Source of the DNA: Trichosphaerium sp. ATCC 40318
Taxonomy: Eukaryota > Protista > Tubulinea
NCBI GenBank assembly: GCA_038496445.1
Contig: JALMLS010000466.1
Coordinates: 620,001-684,000 of the forward strand
Direction of reading: 5' to 3'
Length of the DNA stretch: 64,000 nucleotides
In this document: one piece after another, positions 53,496-64,000 of the stretch
Numbering within the stretch: the first letter of the stretch is position 1
Layout: the number at the start of each line of letters is the position of its first letter
Notes under the pieces: generated by a model
What the model saw: only the letters and a program-made list of their open reading frames with translations
What the model was told of the DNA's origin: nothing
The model's database searches: none
Translations under genes and position numbers: made by a program

Positions 53496-55484
53496 TTAAT
53501 CATCAATGTCAGCAAGTTTGAATACTTGTTTTAGTAGTTCACTAGCAATATGTGCTTTCTTTGGGTCCGATATTCCAAACTCTGTTGTAACGCCATTGTA
53601 ATCAAGTCTTACAGAAAGACCAGGCCTAAAAGGTGCAAACTTTACACGTCTATCGACAAATGTTGATGTTCTTGATTCTTCTTCCTGGCTCACTGTTTCA
53701 AGAACTTCTTTTTGTCTAAACCTAACCCTCCTATCGGCTATCATCACCTTTTCTGATTGAGCCAAATTTTTCTTAGGAGCTCCTTTTCTAAATGCAGGAG
53801 GCTCTGGGCCAGCACCATATTGTGCGCTTGATCTAGGTGATCTCGCTTCTCTGCCACGATTTGGCGGTTCATTAGATTCGCTCTTGCTCTTAACATGTTC
53901 GCGTGACTAATACGTTAGATGAACTGTTAGCAAGGTACATGATGGCAATGACGCACTCTTTTGGCTCTACTGCCTAGACCATGTTCTGTAGATACGCCAT
54001 TAACGTCTGGTGGCGACCATGGTTTCAAAGAGATACCTATAGTTGTGTTTAAACTAGACCAAAAAAAAGAAAATAGCGCTTAACTTTTATCAAGCTTGAA
54101 AAAACGTCTCGGCCTTCTTTAAGGAGGATAGCATGTGACTCATGTGATACCCAATTAGAGCATGCTAGGTGGTAGTGATTCGGGAATCCTAGTTTATTAG
54201 CATGAAGAGCTAGAACGATGTCAGAATGCAGATCAAATCTATTGTCAAATACCTAACTCCAAATCTCCTTTAGAAAGAGGATCTTTGTCACCAGCTTGTG
54301 TAGTAAGTATAGGTATATCTGGAAACACTTCGTATAATTCACTTATAAAGTGGTAACAATTTAAATCGCCAGATCCTGATTTGGCAATATTTCCTTGCCA
54401 TCCAGAACTCCCTTGCAACTTTGTTAACATTAAAAAGTCGAAAAAATCTGTCTTACCATGTGCCTTTGCTGCTTGCTTTACTTTCGTCATGGCGCGATCA
54501 ACAACAACGCCTCTTATTTTGGCGTTATATTCTACAGCTACTTTCCTAGCAACATAAGCAGCAACACCAGCGCCCATTGAGTATCCATGCAAGATTATAT
54601 CGCATGGACGAAAGTACTAAATACTTTTCCTTAGTTCGCCATCGAACGAATTTTGTGTACCTTTCCTTCATGGTTTGTTATCGTTAACAACCCACACCGA
54701 TAGAATTCGATGGCATCTTCAAGAAGCATTGACGTATGAAGATCTAGACAAGTCAGTACTGAGTTTATAAATAAGCATACCTTTTGTTTTGACTTGAGTG
54801 CTTGCTCCAAACCCACGGTAATCAAGTGCTAGTACCTTGCATCTAAATGAGACTTGGCCACGTTTTAAAACGTCTAACGCACGTGGCAACCATGCTGAAC
54901 GTAAAAATACGCAATATCCGTCATAAACTGAACAGAAGAACCACAAGAACCTGACATTGTAATTACCAGCACGCCAACACTCTCTACCACAAAAGTCACA
55001 ACTCCTGTTTCTCGATTTCATTTACAATTCGATACCTTTGGTGTTTTTTGGCGAATAAATACGTCCCCTGAGCATACTGCTACCTCGTGAATACCTCCTC
55101 CTCGGAAAGTGCTCCACAACCTTTAAAACAAAAAAAACAATAAATAAACGAGGAATATTTGCTGTTAGTGATCACTTGCACTGCAAAAAGCGTACATTAA
55201 TACAAGCGTGTTTGGCCTAAACGGTGTGGTCAATTAATAATTTTACTACAACTTTACAACGATCACGCTACCACGTGACATTATTACAAATCACGTGCCG
55301 CAGTATGAATCTTCTCACCGTCGCTTCCAACGTAAAAGTCCCAATACAAATCATCTTTATTGTCTCTACGCTCTTTACTACTCCCAAAGAGTGCTGCACT
55401 AGCCTTTGGTACAATTTTATGCAACTTTGGCGCTTTTAATGTCACTGTAAGTGCGTGAAGCTCTTCATCACCAGAAAAAGACAT
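53496..55484 (-). CDS. Alpha/beta hydrolase (GYSMG nucleophile elbow), MARTX ABH-effector-like
   Basis: VLALDYRGFGAS, LLEDAIEFY, DIILHGYSMGAGVAA, GVVVDRAM, DKDPL, SHES; low-complexity C-terminal extension. Confidence 0.8.
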
Positions 55485-55692
55485 TAATGTGCGTTTATTG
55501 TTGATCACGAGTTACAGAACAAGAGCCATAAGAAAGAATAGTTTTTGCTTGTCAAAAACGTTTAATCAGGTACACCGACTTCCATGTATCAGTTGACGAC
55601 ACCACACATGTTGAATGGTTTACAGTACTCCATACAGCTTGTAACGATGTATTATTGGTAACGGGTATGTGCGTTCCACATTGTGGAATGGG

Positions 55693-57120
55693 TTAGTAAT
55701 ATGATTTTAGTTTCTTGGCCATGTTCCACCACCTTTTTGCGTGATAAGTCGAAATAAGGAATCATTGTAAAATCACTTTGACTTTTACGTACTCTGGTTC
55801 AATACATTGAAATTCTTTTGGGGCTCTACAATAACTGTTACCTTTCAGTTGACCTCCCCTACGAGAATTAGACGTTTGGAGTAGGTAAAAAAAACATTCT
55901 TTTGTTACGTACAGAAGTCTTTCTGGACTTGCGTCTGGTCCGTATCTACACCAATTGTAAACTACCACAAGGAAGGGCCAGACTTCTTCTCTTTCAAGTC
56001 CAAGACCTGTCATTAATCTTACAATACTTGTAGGATCCACAGAATCCATTTGTGTGCCATGGCTTGTCTTGAATATATCTACACCTTCAAGCCTCCGAAC
56101 CTCACCAGCAAGGATTGGATTGGCTTGCGGTACAGGGTACAACATCATATAACCTTGGTCATCCATACGAACGCAAATATCCTGAGGTTTTCCCATATCA
56201 AAGGTAACTACACCGTCGACTATAATAGCACCAGTGCCGTAGTCCTCGCGACGTTTATATCCATGTAAAAAATCAACACGGATATCTTTACCTTGATTGA
56301 AAGGAATAGATGATTTTTCAAGCATCCTTACTACAGACCACATGCGAGAACGTGCTTTTTTGTTTGGAATAAGATCTAGAAAACTCCACCTTACTTCGCT
56401 ATCCCTACTTAGATATGCTTTAACATCATCAGGTAGTCCATAGATAGTGTCAAAATCTTGCGAAGCCAGGAGTGCATCAACAGCTAACCTTGACAAAGAA
56501 GGGACATGTGCTTGATATGAAGGACGCTTTCTTGTTAACAAACACAACACCCTAGGCGTAGCCTTGGAGGTACAAACGTTAGTTCAAAAACATAACATGA
56601 TATGTGTATAACGTACACCGCTTAGAAATGAAGGATCTTTCCATGCAGCAAGGTTTTCTCCAGATGCTTTATGAAACGTAATGAATGTCTCAATACTACA
56701 TTGTATGCACATCTTCGCTAGAGGCGCAATCTCTGCTTTTGGCATGAGCTGTACTAAGCCTTCAATGAACGCTGTTTCACGTTTCATACTAAAATGTCGG
56801 AATATCGCTCTAGAAGAGAGGAGAGGTGCGGCATTGTTTTTTACTACAGTTTGTTTATGATAGTGTTTGTAGATTTTAAGGTGTTGCTCTAGAGGTGGCC
56901 AAAAGTTTTCTCTATGCTGTAAATTGTATAAACCAGCGCTGAGGGAATTTGCAGTGGCTTTGTTTTGCTTAATTCTGGTTAACACGAATTTAAGAGCTGC
57001 TTCGTTGTCCTTCGGAATTGCCTCTGCTTGCTTGGTTACTGTTTTGTTCATTCTGTTGCTCTGTTTATGCTCTGTGGTTGATTTTTCGTCCTTGGACTGT
57101 TTTGATTCCTTCTGGCCCAT
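55693..57120 (-). CDS. Hypothetical protein, probably N-myristoylated, with internal SOCS/BC-box-like motif
   Basis: Starts MGQKES; motif VPSLSRLAVDAL..IYGLPDDVKAYL; last exon EWWNMAKKLKSYY*. Confidence 0.6.
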
Positions 57121-57236
57121 CAATTTGTTTCTCACGCGCGTTAAGGGCGGTTACATAAACGATTATTGTTTTGGTGAACTGTTGTACCACTTCTGACCAC
57201 TTTGACACGTTTTACAATTTTCGGCTTTCTACAGAC

Positions 57237-58522
57237 ATGGGCGGCCTGTGCTGTTGTGGATCTAAAAAGGAGAAGCATGGCCTTCTTGATCCAAGGCTTA
57301 TAGAGACAGCAGATAGGCCAGCGTCTCCATACAAAAGAAATAATCGTGGACCTGCTGTAAAGTTTGTCGAGCGCGATTCTGGAGCGTATTCATACGTAGT
57401 ACCCGAGAATATTGAAAGCATGTGGAAACAAGATGTTAGAGCTATTTGGAAGCGACCATATGAGCAACTACCTATCCACGTAGACCTACCACGGCTTATT
57501 CGTAAAATTCGTGTTTATGAAGACGATTGTTTATTATTTGGTAATCCCAAAGGAGAGCTAGACATAGATTCGATGATATATCAATTCTTGGGTACGTTTA
57601 GGTAATTGATTCAAAATAGAAGTATTTTCTTTTAGCGTTACTATACTTACAATACGCTTAAGAGCTCATGAGTAAGCGTCTTGAAGATGTAGAAGCGCTT
57701 TCATTCGTTCAAAACGAATTTAAACAATACGTTAAAGAACAAGGACCAATCGGTACGAGTTAGCATACATAAAGAAACCTACGTAGCGTAGCAAAAACGG
57801 AGGTAGAACCAAAAAAGAGTAAATAACATTCCTCTTTCTCCAGATTGCTCTAGCACCACCTCTACAATTTTCTACGCGTATTTTAATATTAATTTAAGGT
57901 TCGGACGTTGCTGGGCAGTTTAAAGTGTTTTTGAGCGCTCTTAATGACCATTGTGGTAAAGAAACTAAGCTTATACGCATGTTAAAGGTATTTAAAAGCT
58001 TTGTTATAGTTTTCGTAAGAGTTGGGCGAAAAATCAAAATGTCATTTTTGTTTGACACTTTGTTTCTAACTGTTTTTTTCGCCCTTAGTTTTGCCATCAA
58101 AAAGTCATTTTTTCGCCGTTCTATATGCTTAAGGCTGTTCTTTGTCCAACTGTTGGACGTTTCAAGGATAAGAGAGGATCTTGGTTCATAGATATTCACC
58201 TTGACAAGCGTATAAAGTGCGTTATTTAACAAACAATTTTGATTCTTCATTTTGACATTTACGACTTTGCGCACGCATGAGTTTCTAAAGTACTCCATTT
58301 AGGATTTCCCACAGTAAAATACAAGAATCAAGTCCCTATGAAGATATAACAAGAAGAGACTATGAATTTAAATGGACACTTGCACTAGAAATTTCAAGAA
58401 AAAAATTTAACGTCAAATCAATCGCTGTACATATTTCTGATACTGTTATAAGTGATAAGTTATCGCCTTCTAGACGCATAGAACTTGAAGATACATTTGA
58501 AGCAAACAGAATAATAGTATAA
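57237..58522 (+). CDS. Acylated membrane protein with probable GlfB C-terminal-like domain
   Basis: Starts MGGLCCCGS (myristoyl + palmitoyl signal); QLPIHVDLPR, FKDKRGSWFIDI, YEFKWTL. The domain assignment is from recalled similarity to amoebozoan GlfB-like proteins. Confidence 0.55.
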
Positions 58523-58916
58523 AAGGTGTTTTGTAAAATATAAATGAAAGAAAAAAAAACCCATAAAAAAAAACTGTATTCTACAAAGACTTGTTTAGTG
58601 CAATGTAACTTTCTACTACTTTCTTCATTACTACACTTACCATAACGTAGAAACAACCTTTGATAGTGTTGCCATACTTATTAATAATTTTGAATTTGGT
58701 ATTCGTCACCAAGACTAGCACCAACAAAAACGTGATTGTTTGTTCAAGCAGGGAATTATAAGCTTGATTTCTTTCTCTGCCTTATATTCACAAAGCATTT
58801 GTACTATGCAATTACTATACAATAGCTGTAGTCAACGGTTTACAAAATTTACACGTCAGTCAAAGGTATTATTTGAATCAGTTTCCAACAATTTTATATA
58901 AAATTGGCAGTGTTCA

Positions 58917-61900
58917 ATGACAGACGTTAAAGCTGACGAAGATTTCGTTCCAAAGACATTTCTACCGCATAAAGTATCGAATTCAGACCCCTCCGTTGTG
59001 AAACGTGTTGATGTAGGCGAAAAAGTTCAAAACTCTCGTATATTCATATTAGATGACTTTCTTACGCGTGAAGAATGCCTGTACGTTGTTTAGAACTGTG
59101 TTTGAATCACTTATAGTTAAAAATAGGTATTATCGCGAATTGTCTGACAAACTAGGCTACGACGACTTACAGTCATGTTTCCTACCAGAACAGCGTAACA
59201 GTCAACGGTAAACAGAAAAACACAAAAAATAACGCCTGTAGTTTTTTCAACTAACTTACATTCTACATAGGCTCTCATGCATAAGCGTAGAAACAGCATC
59301 AGTATTCTGGAACAGAGTAAAGTAAGCCAAAAAAAAAAAAAGTTCATGTCTTTGTCTTGAACATCACCTTTTTCTTTGTTTTACTGTTTCGTATGTTCTT
59401 CACTAAGTTAACGCTCTAGGCCTCATCTTACACATAAAGATGTAGCACAAGTAAGACCTTTTGGTTTTGGTACTGATGGCACGTGGAAGCCGTACGGTCT
59501 TGACAAATGGTTCAAGTTTTCAAAGTATGTCAAGGGCACTTACTTCAAGGTACGGTTTTTGTTGGCTTTCTTTTTTTGAACATCACAAACTAACTTGTAT
59601 TAGATACACATGGACAATGCTTTCGTTATCAACGATGACGATAGATCCATATACACTATAATGGTGTACCTTAATGACGACTTTGAAGGAGGTGAAACTG
59701 TGTTTTATCCAAGAGAACTTGACCTTGATCCTAAAGGTATACTTCATTATTGTTACTTGAACTCATCATGTTAGACGACAATTCATCTAAAGTCCTTGAA
59801 TCAATAAAGCCGAAAATGGGAAGAGCTCTTGTGTTTAATCATGATACAAGACATGAAGGATTGGAAGTAACAAACGGAACAAAGTATATTATGAGATCAG
59901 AGATAATGTTCAAGAGAACAAGTCCTGTCACTTCAGAAGCGTGGAAGGAAGATGAGAACTTCAAGAAAGTCGGAGAATTGTATAATCAATCAGAGGAGCT
60001 TGAGAAGGAAGGAAAGGTTGCTGAGTTGTCTGATGCGTTTAAAGAAGCTATTGAAATTCAAGCTTCTCAGAATTGCTCTATTCCTGATGCTGTTGTTGAT
60101 AGCTCTTTTCTTCCACCAGAAACACTTGCCAACGTCTTTTCGTAAGTTGATAATTGTATTCCTTTTTTTTTCTTCCTTTTTACTTTGTTGGTTTAATTTG
60201 TTTCGATAGGTTCTTGTCCACTCGAAACATATGTGATATTGCCAGTGTATCTATAGAATGGGCACAAGTTGCAAAAGAATCATCACTGTGGCTTAAAAAA
60301 TATGCTTTACAGTAAGACTCTATGATTCTTCTTTGTGTAACTTTTTTTATAGCTATCCTCAGAGCACTAAGCTTCAGCAAGATTTATGCTCTTTCAATCA
60401 AGCGCATCTAAAGGACTGGTATAATATATACAGATCTCGGTTTATTCTAGAAAAGTACTTTGCAAGTGTTATTGTCCACTTTGATAACCCATACTTTAAC
60501 GTGCGTTACACTAAGTGTTTTCAAAATAAAAAACCTCGTTGCTAACTATTTTCTTGTACAGTATGGACTCGTGAGTACTGAAAATGTCAGGAAAAATATG
60601 ATTGCTGCTACAGGAGTTGTTTATCGTGTCCATCAAATATCTGCAGCAGGAAGCGAAGATGGCATGCTCAGAGTCGGTACAGGGTTTTATAGTTTAAAAA
60701 AAACAATTTAGAACCAACTTGGTTCTAGGCGATGAACTTGGACATGGCTACTACGGCAACCTCAAGAAAGTATGGGATAATTTAGGAAACGTAAATGAAG
60801 ATACCATGTACCGCGTCATGAAGTGGATATACTCAGTGGGGTAGAAATTCTCATTTGTTTGTCACTCCCTTTTTTTTTTTTTTGATTTCTTTTTTTAGGC
60901 TTCTACAGAGTAAAAGCGGATTCAAAGATTGCCATGCTAAGTCTACTAGAAGGCCACTTAGATATAATTTTATGAAACCTGAAGAACACCCTTTAGTTGT
61001 TGTACATTCCAGAGGACTCACTAATAAGAAAAAAATGGTTGTTCAGAGACAAGCAGTACGTTGAATCGTCTTCACAACTTTTTTTCTTCTCAAAGCTTAC
61101 TCTCCAAAGGCTTCTATGGGTGTGCCATATATTTGCCATATTGATGCTGCCCATGCAGCTCTATTATCATGTGATAGGTGAGTAGAATAGTGGGTTGTCA
61201 TCGCTTGCTTACTTCGTTTTTCTAGATCTTCAGGTGTTGTAATACGCTCAACTTTTGACGACATCAAAGTATCTGTAGTATGGAAAAACGAGGTAAGAAA
61301 ACCTTTAGTTGCTTTTCTTTTTTGTAGCACGTGATTAAAGTTGGTTTTTTTCAAGATAATCATGGCTGCAGAATACAGGATGATTAATGACTTTACACCA
61401 AGTTCTCCTGTTTACGATATGGGCCTTTTGACAAAGAACGAAGTCAAGACTCAGCCTGCCAGATTTACAGAGTTTTGCTCTTTTTACACAAACAGTGTTG
61501 TCTCTCTTGACCCTGAAAAAAGCAAGGGTGGTAATATGTATGTACCAAATGTTTACTTTTTGTACCACTTCAAGTTATTTCTTTTTACAGTACTGTCTTT
61601 ATCGTACTTATGCTGATTTTCTATCTAGGCTACTCCAAGTCATGTTTTATGAATCTGAAAATGATAAACTTAAGAATCATGTTCCTATCCATGAATTCAC
61701 TTTCAATATGATTAAAGCAGCATCAGCCACTGACCAAATGTCAAAGAAGTTATTGGAGAATGTTATTCTTTCTGGTATACCACTTAATCAAATTGGTACG
61801 GAGGGGAAGGATATTGTATTTTCTATCTTTAAAATTTGTGCTTTCTTGTTTTCTTATTTGATTTTTAGGCGTGGATGAATTGTTTGAGAAAAAAATGAGA

Positions 61901-62140
61901 ACACTTCAGAAGGATTTCAAAATGTGTCACAATGCCAATAAGGAGAATGACGTCATTATTGGTGCAAGGAAGTATGCTATGATGAGTAACTTTAAATCAA
62001 AGTGCGTTCCACTTGAGTCAACCAAGAAGAAGGAAGAACCTGTAAAGGAGGATGATGAACAAAGAGAGCGCGAACGAATCCCTTGGGAAATGCCTGACAA
62101 AGAGGAGCAAAGAACTTTTTTGGAGTGGCTTATGTCATAA
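58917..62140 (+). CDS. Fusion: 2OG-Fe(II) prolyl-4-hydroxylase-like + F-box + degenerate actin-like domain
   Basis: ILDDFLTREEC, HMD..YTIMVYLNDDFEGGET..HEG..KYIMRSE. F-box LPPETLANVFSFLSTRNICDIASVSIEW..LW. Actin-like KPEEHPLVVV, GVPYICHIDAAHAALL..RSSGVVI, ENVILSG. Confidence 0.72.
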
Positions 62141-62533
62141 AATGGGTTCTTTTGATAAATGCTAGCATAACTTGGTGCGAACAAGTGAAGAATTATTTAC
62201 TTAGAATGTATTTGGCTAGTATTTAAATTAATTGTGTAAAAATAAACTACATGGATATCCATGTTTTGTCTTTGGTCTGTTGCGGATAGTATGTTTAGGA
62301 ATTCAAAGGTATTCGAATATGCCATTTTTGTGTGAATATGGTACGCCAAAACAGTTTGTAACTTCAGAGCAGCTTTTTTATTATAATAACATCACTCTAC
62401 ACACATTTTAAAATGTGTACAATTTTTCTAATTTACAAATTTTTATCTTCTTTTTTTCTGTTCCCAAAACAAAAAAACAAGATGCGTGACTTGTTTAACT
62501 TTTTTCTCTTCAAAAAAATTAACCATTAAACAT

Positions 62534-64000
62534 CTACGATGTTATATCATCAAGAAGTTTATCTAACTCTGCGTCAGTGACACTTCCTAAAGCAAAAAAT
62601 TAGAGACAAAGGAACAGGATGTGAGAAAAAAAAATACGTACTTAAATCAGACATAGTTGATTTGGATAGCTGTCTACTATGTAATGCTGGTGCACGTTGA
62701 TTACCACCAGTAGTTCTTGGTGGTTGCTGTGCTTGCTTTGGCTTATTTCCATCAGCACCTACGTGCACATACTTGATAGGTAAATCTAAACAAAAAAGCA
62801 GCCGTTAATGCTCAACTCTGAAAAAACTCTGTTTTTTGAGTTTTCTAACGTACTAGGATCGATGTGAGCTTTTGGGACAATATAACGTTGTCTTCCTGAT
62901 GGTCTAAACCCAGTTCCCAGATCTTTCATAAGTCTGTTTACGTAGTCACCAGATACATCAGAAGATGATTTCTCCCAGTCGTTTAATGGCTGTAAAGAAG
63001 TCAACAACAGTTTCAAGAGAAAATATACTTACCCGGCCTGGATTTTGTTGTTGTCGTGTAGGCTGACTTACAGTTCTTGGAGCTACAGGCACCGATACAG
63101 GTTCAGGATCCCGTTTCTCTTGAGTTGGCTACAACAAGGTCAAAAATCGACTTTCAAGAGTGAAAATGAAGCTTACTGGTGTCCATGCTGCAGTTGCCCA
63201 AGCTCCGCCTTTTGAAGATGTACGTGATTGAGGAGGTCCCTCAGTGCGTTGTGGTTGTTTTGTACCCGCATTTGCATATACAGAACCTTGACCACCTCCA
63301 ACATGCGCTGTACTTTGTTGACGAAACCTAGAACTCTCTTGTCGCCTTTTCTGTACCATTGCTTGGGCAGCGCTTACACTCACTTGTCGTGGTTGTACTT
63401 GCGATATTCTTTGAACCTGTGGCGCTGATGCTTGACGCATATGTGAGCTACGGTTGGTATTGGCACTTGGTCTGGAACCACCCAAAGAGCGTTGTGAAAT
63501 ATGACTTTGTGGCTTAATATAAGCTGCTTTTTGTCCTGTTGGTCTTCGTGATACTCTGGACATTCTTGTATTTGGTGCTGCTACACCCATATTGACAGAC
63601 GGATTTCTTTGATTTCGTACAACTGGCTGTGATGGCTCTAACGGCATAAAACCGTTTCCTGCTTTACCCGTGTTCACAGAAACGCCAAACTGTCCTTCAT
63701 TGTTTGTTTGTGCAGGAACATTAGTTTCTGTGTGATTATTATTGGCGCCTGAAGGTGAACCAAGGTCCATCATTAACTCGGCAAGCTCTAGTAAAAAGAG
63801 TGAGTAACGCCACGCCGTTATTGAAGTGTACATACCATCATTGAATGCGCTGACACCTGTCATTCCTGATCCAATACTACATGTAGAAAGTGGTGGTGAT
63901 TCTGGAACGAGTTCATCAATAAGCTCATCTATCTTATTAGTTGAAATACTTGCACGTGGATCAAGCGTGTTGAAATCCTGCGGAAGGAGTAAGCGTGCGA
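62534..64000 (-). CDS. Partial low-complexity protein with paxillin-like LD motifs
   Basis: IDELIDEL, LAELMMDL, VNRLMKDL and terminal ELDKLLDDI* lie within Q/S/P/R-rich sequence. The 5' part is outside the window. Confidence 0.55.

Noticed and set aside
51681-58522. CBASS-like operon with a cGAS/CD-NTase
   Set aside because: I saw no nucleotidyltransferase GS..DxD signature in the neighbours, and the genes are separately spliced in mixed orientation.

Overview
This is AT-rich eukaryotic nuclear DNA, gene-dense, with many short spliceosomal introns (mostly ~40-100 nt, 5' splice site usually GTACG/GTAAG, several GC-AG). The gene content (multi-RGS RasGAP, GlfB-like protein, bacteria-like STING, giant-virus-style F-box genes) suggests an amoeboid protist, but that is inference. 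The ORF track mostly shows exon fragments, so I spliced gene models by hand and the boundaries are approximate. About 23 protein genes are present: F-box+MORN, F-box+LRR, an atypical Ras, LIM and RasGAP-RGS, amidase, Pam16, a VIT-vWA-DUF2135 chimera, CYP450, TPR, arrestin-fold, COG5, LRR, GT31, F-box-SPRY, WrbA, ASCC3, STING, an alpha/beta hydrolase, a SOCS-box protein, a GlfB-like protein, a P4H-F-box-actin-like fusion and an LD-motif protein. There is also tRNA-Leu(AAG) with an inverted truncated copy, a MITE-like element and a candidate structured ncRNA. Highlights: (1) a VIT-vWA...TPR-DUF2135 protein whose central linker carries a G-patch, an SF1 KH-QUA2, a Prp3-like helix and a degenerate Prp8 C-terminal domain, i.e. 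a possible spliceosome decoy or bait array; (2) a 4TM STING with a bacterial-type cyclic-dinucleotide-binding domain, flanked by a MARTX-ABH-like hydrolase and an apparently truncated ASCC3. All homology calls come from recalled motifs, not from searches.
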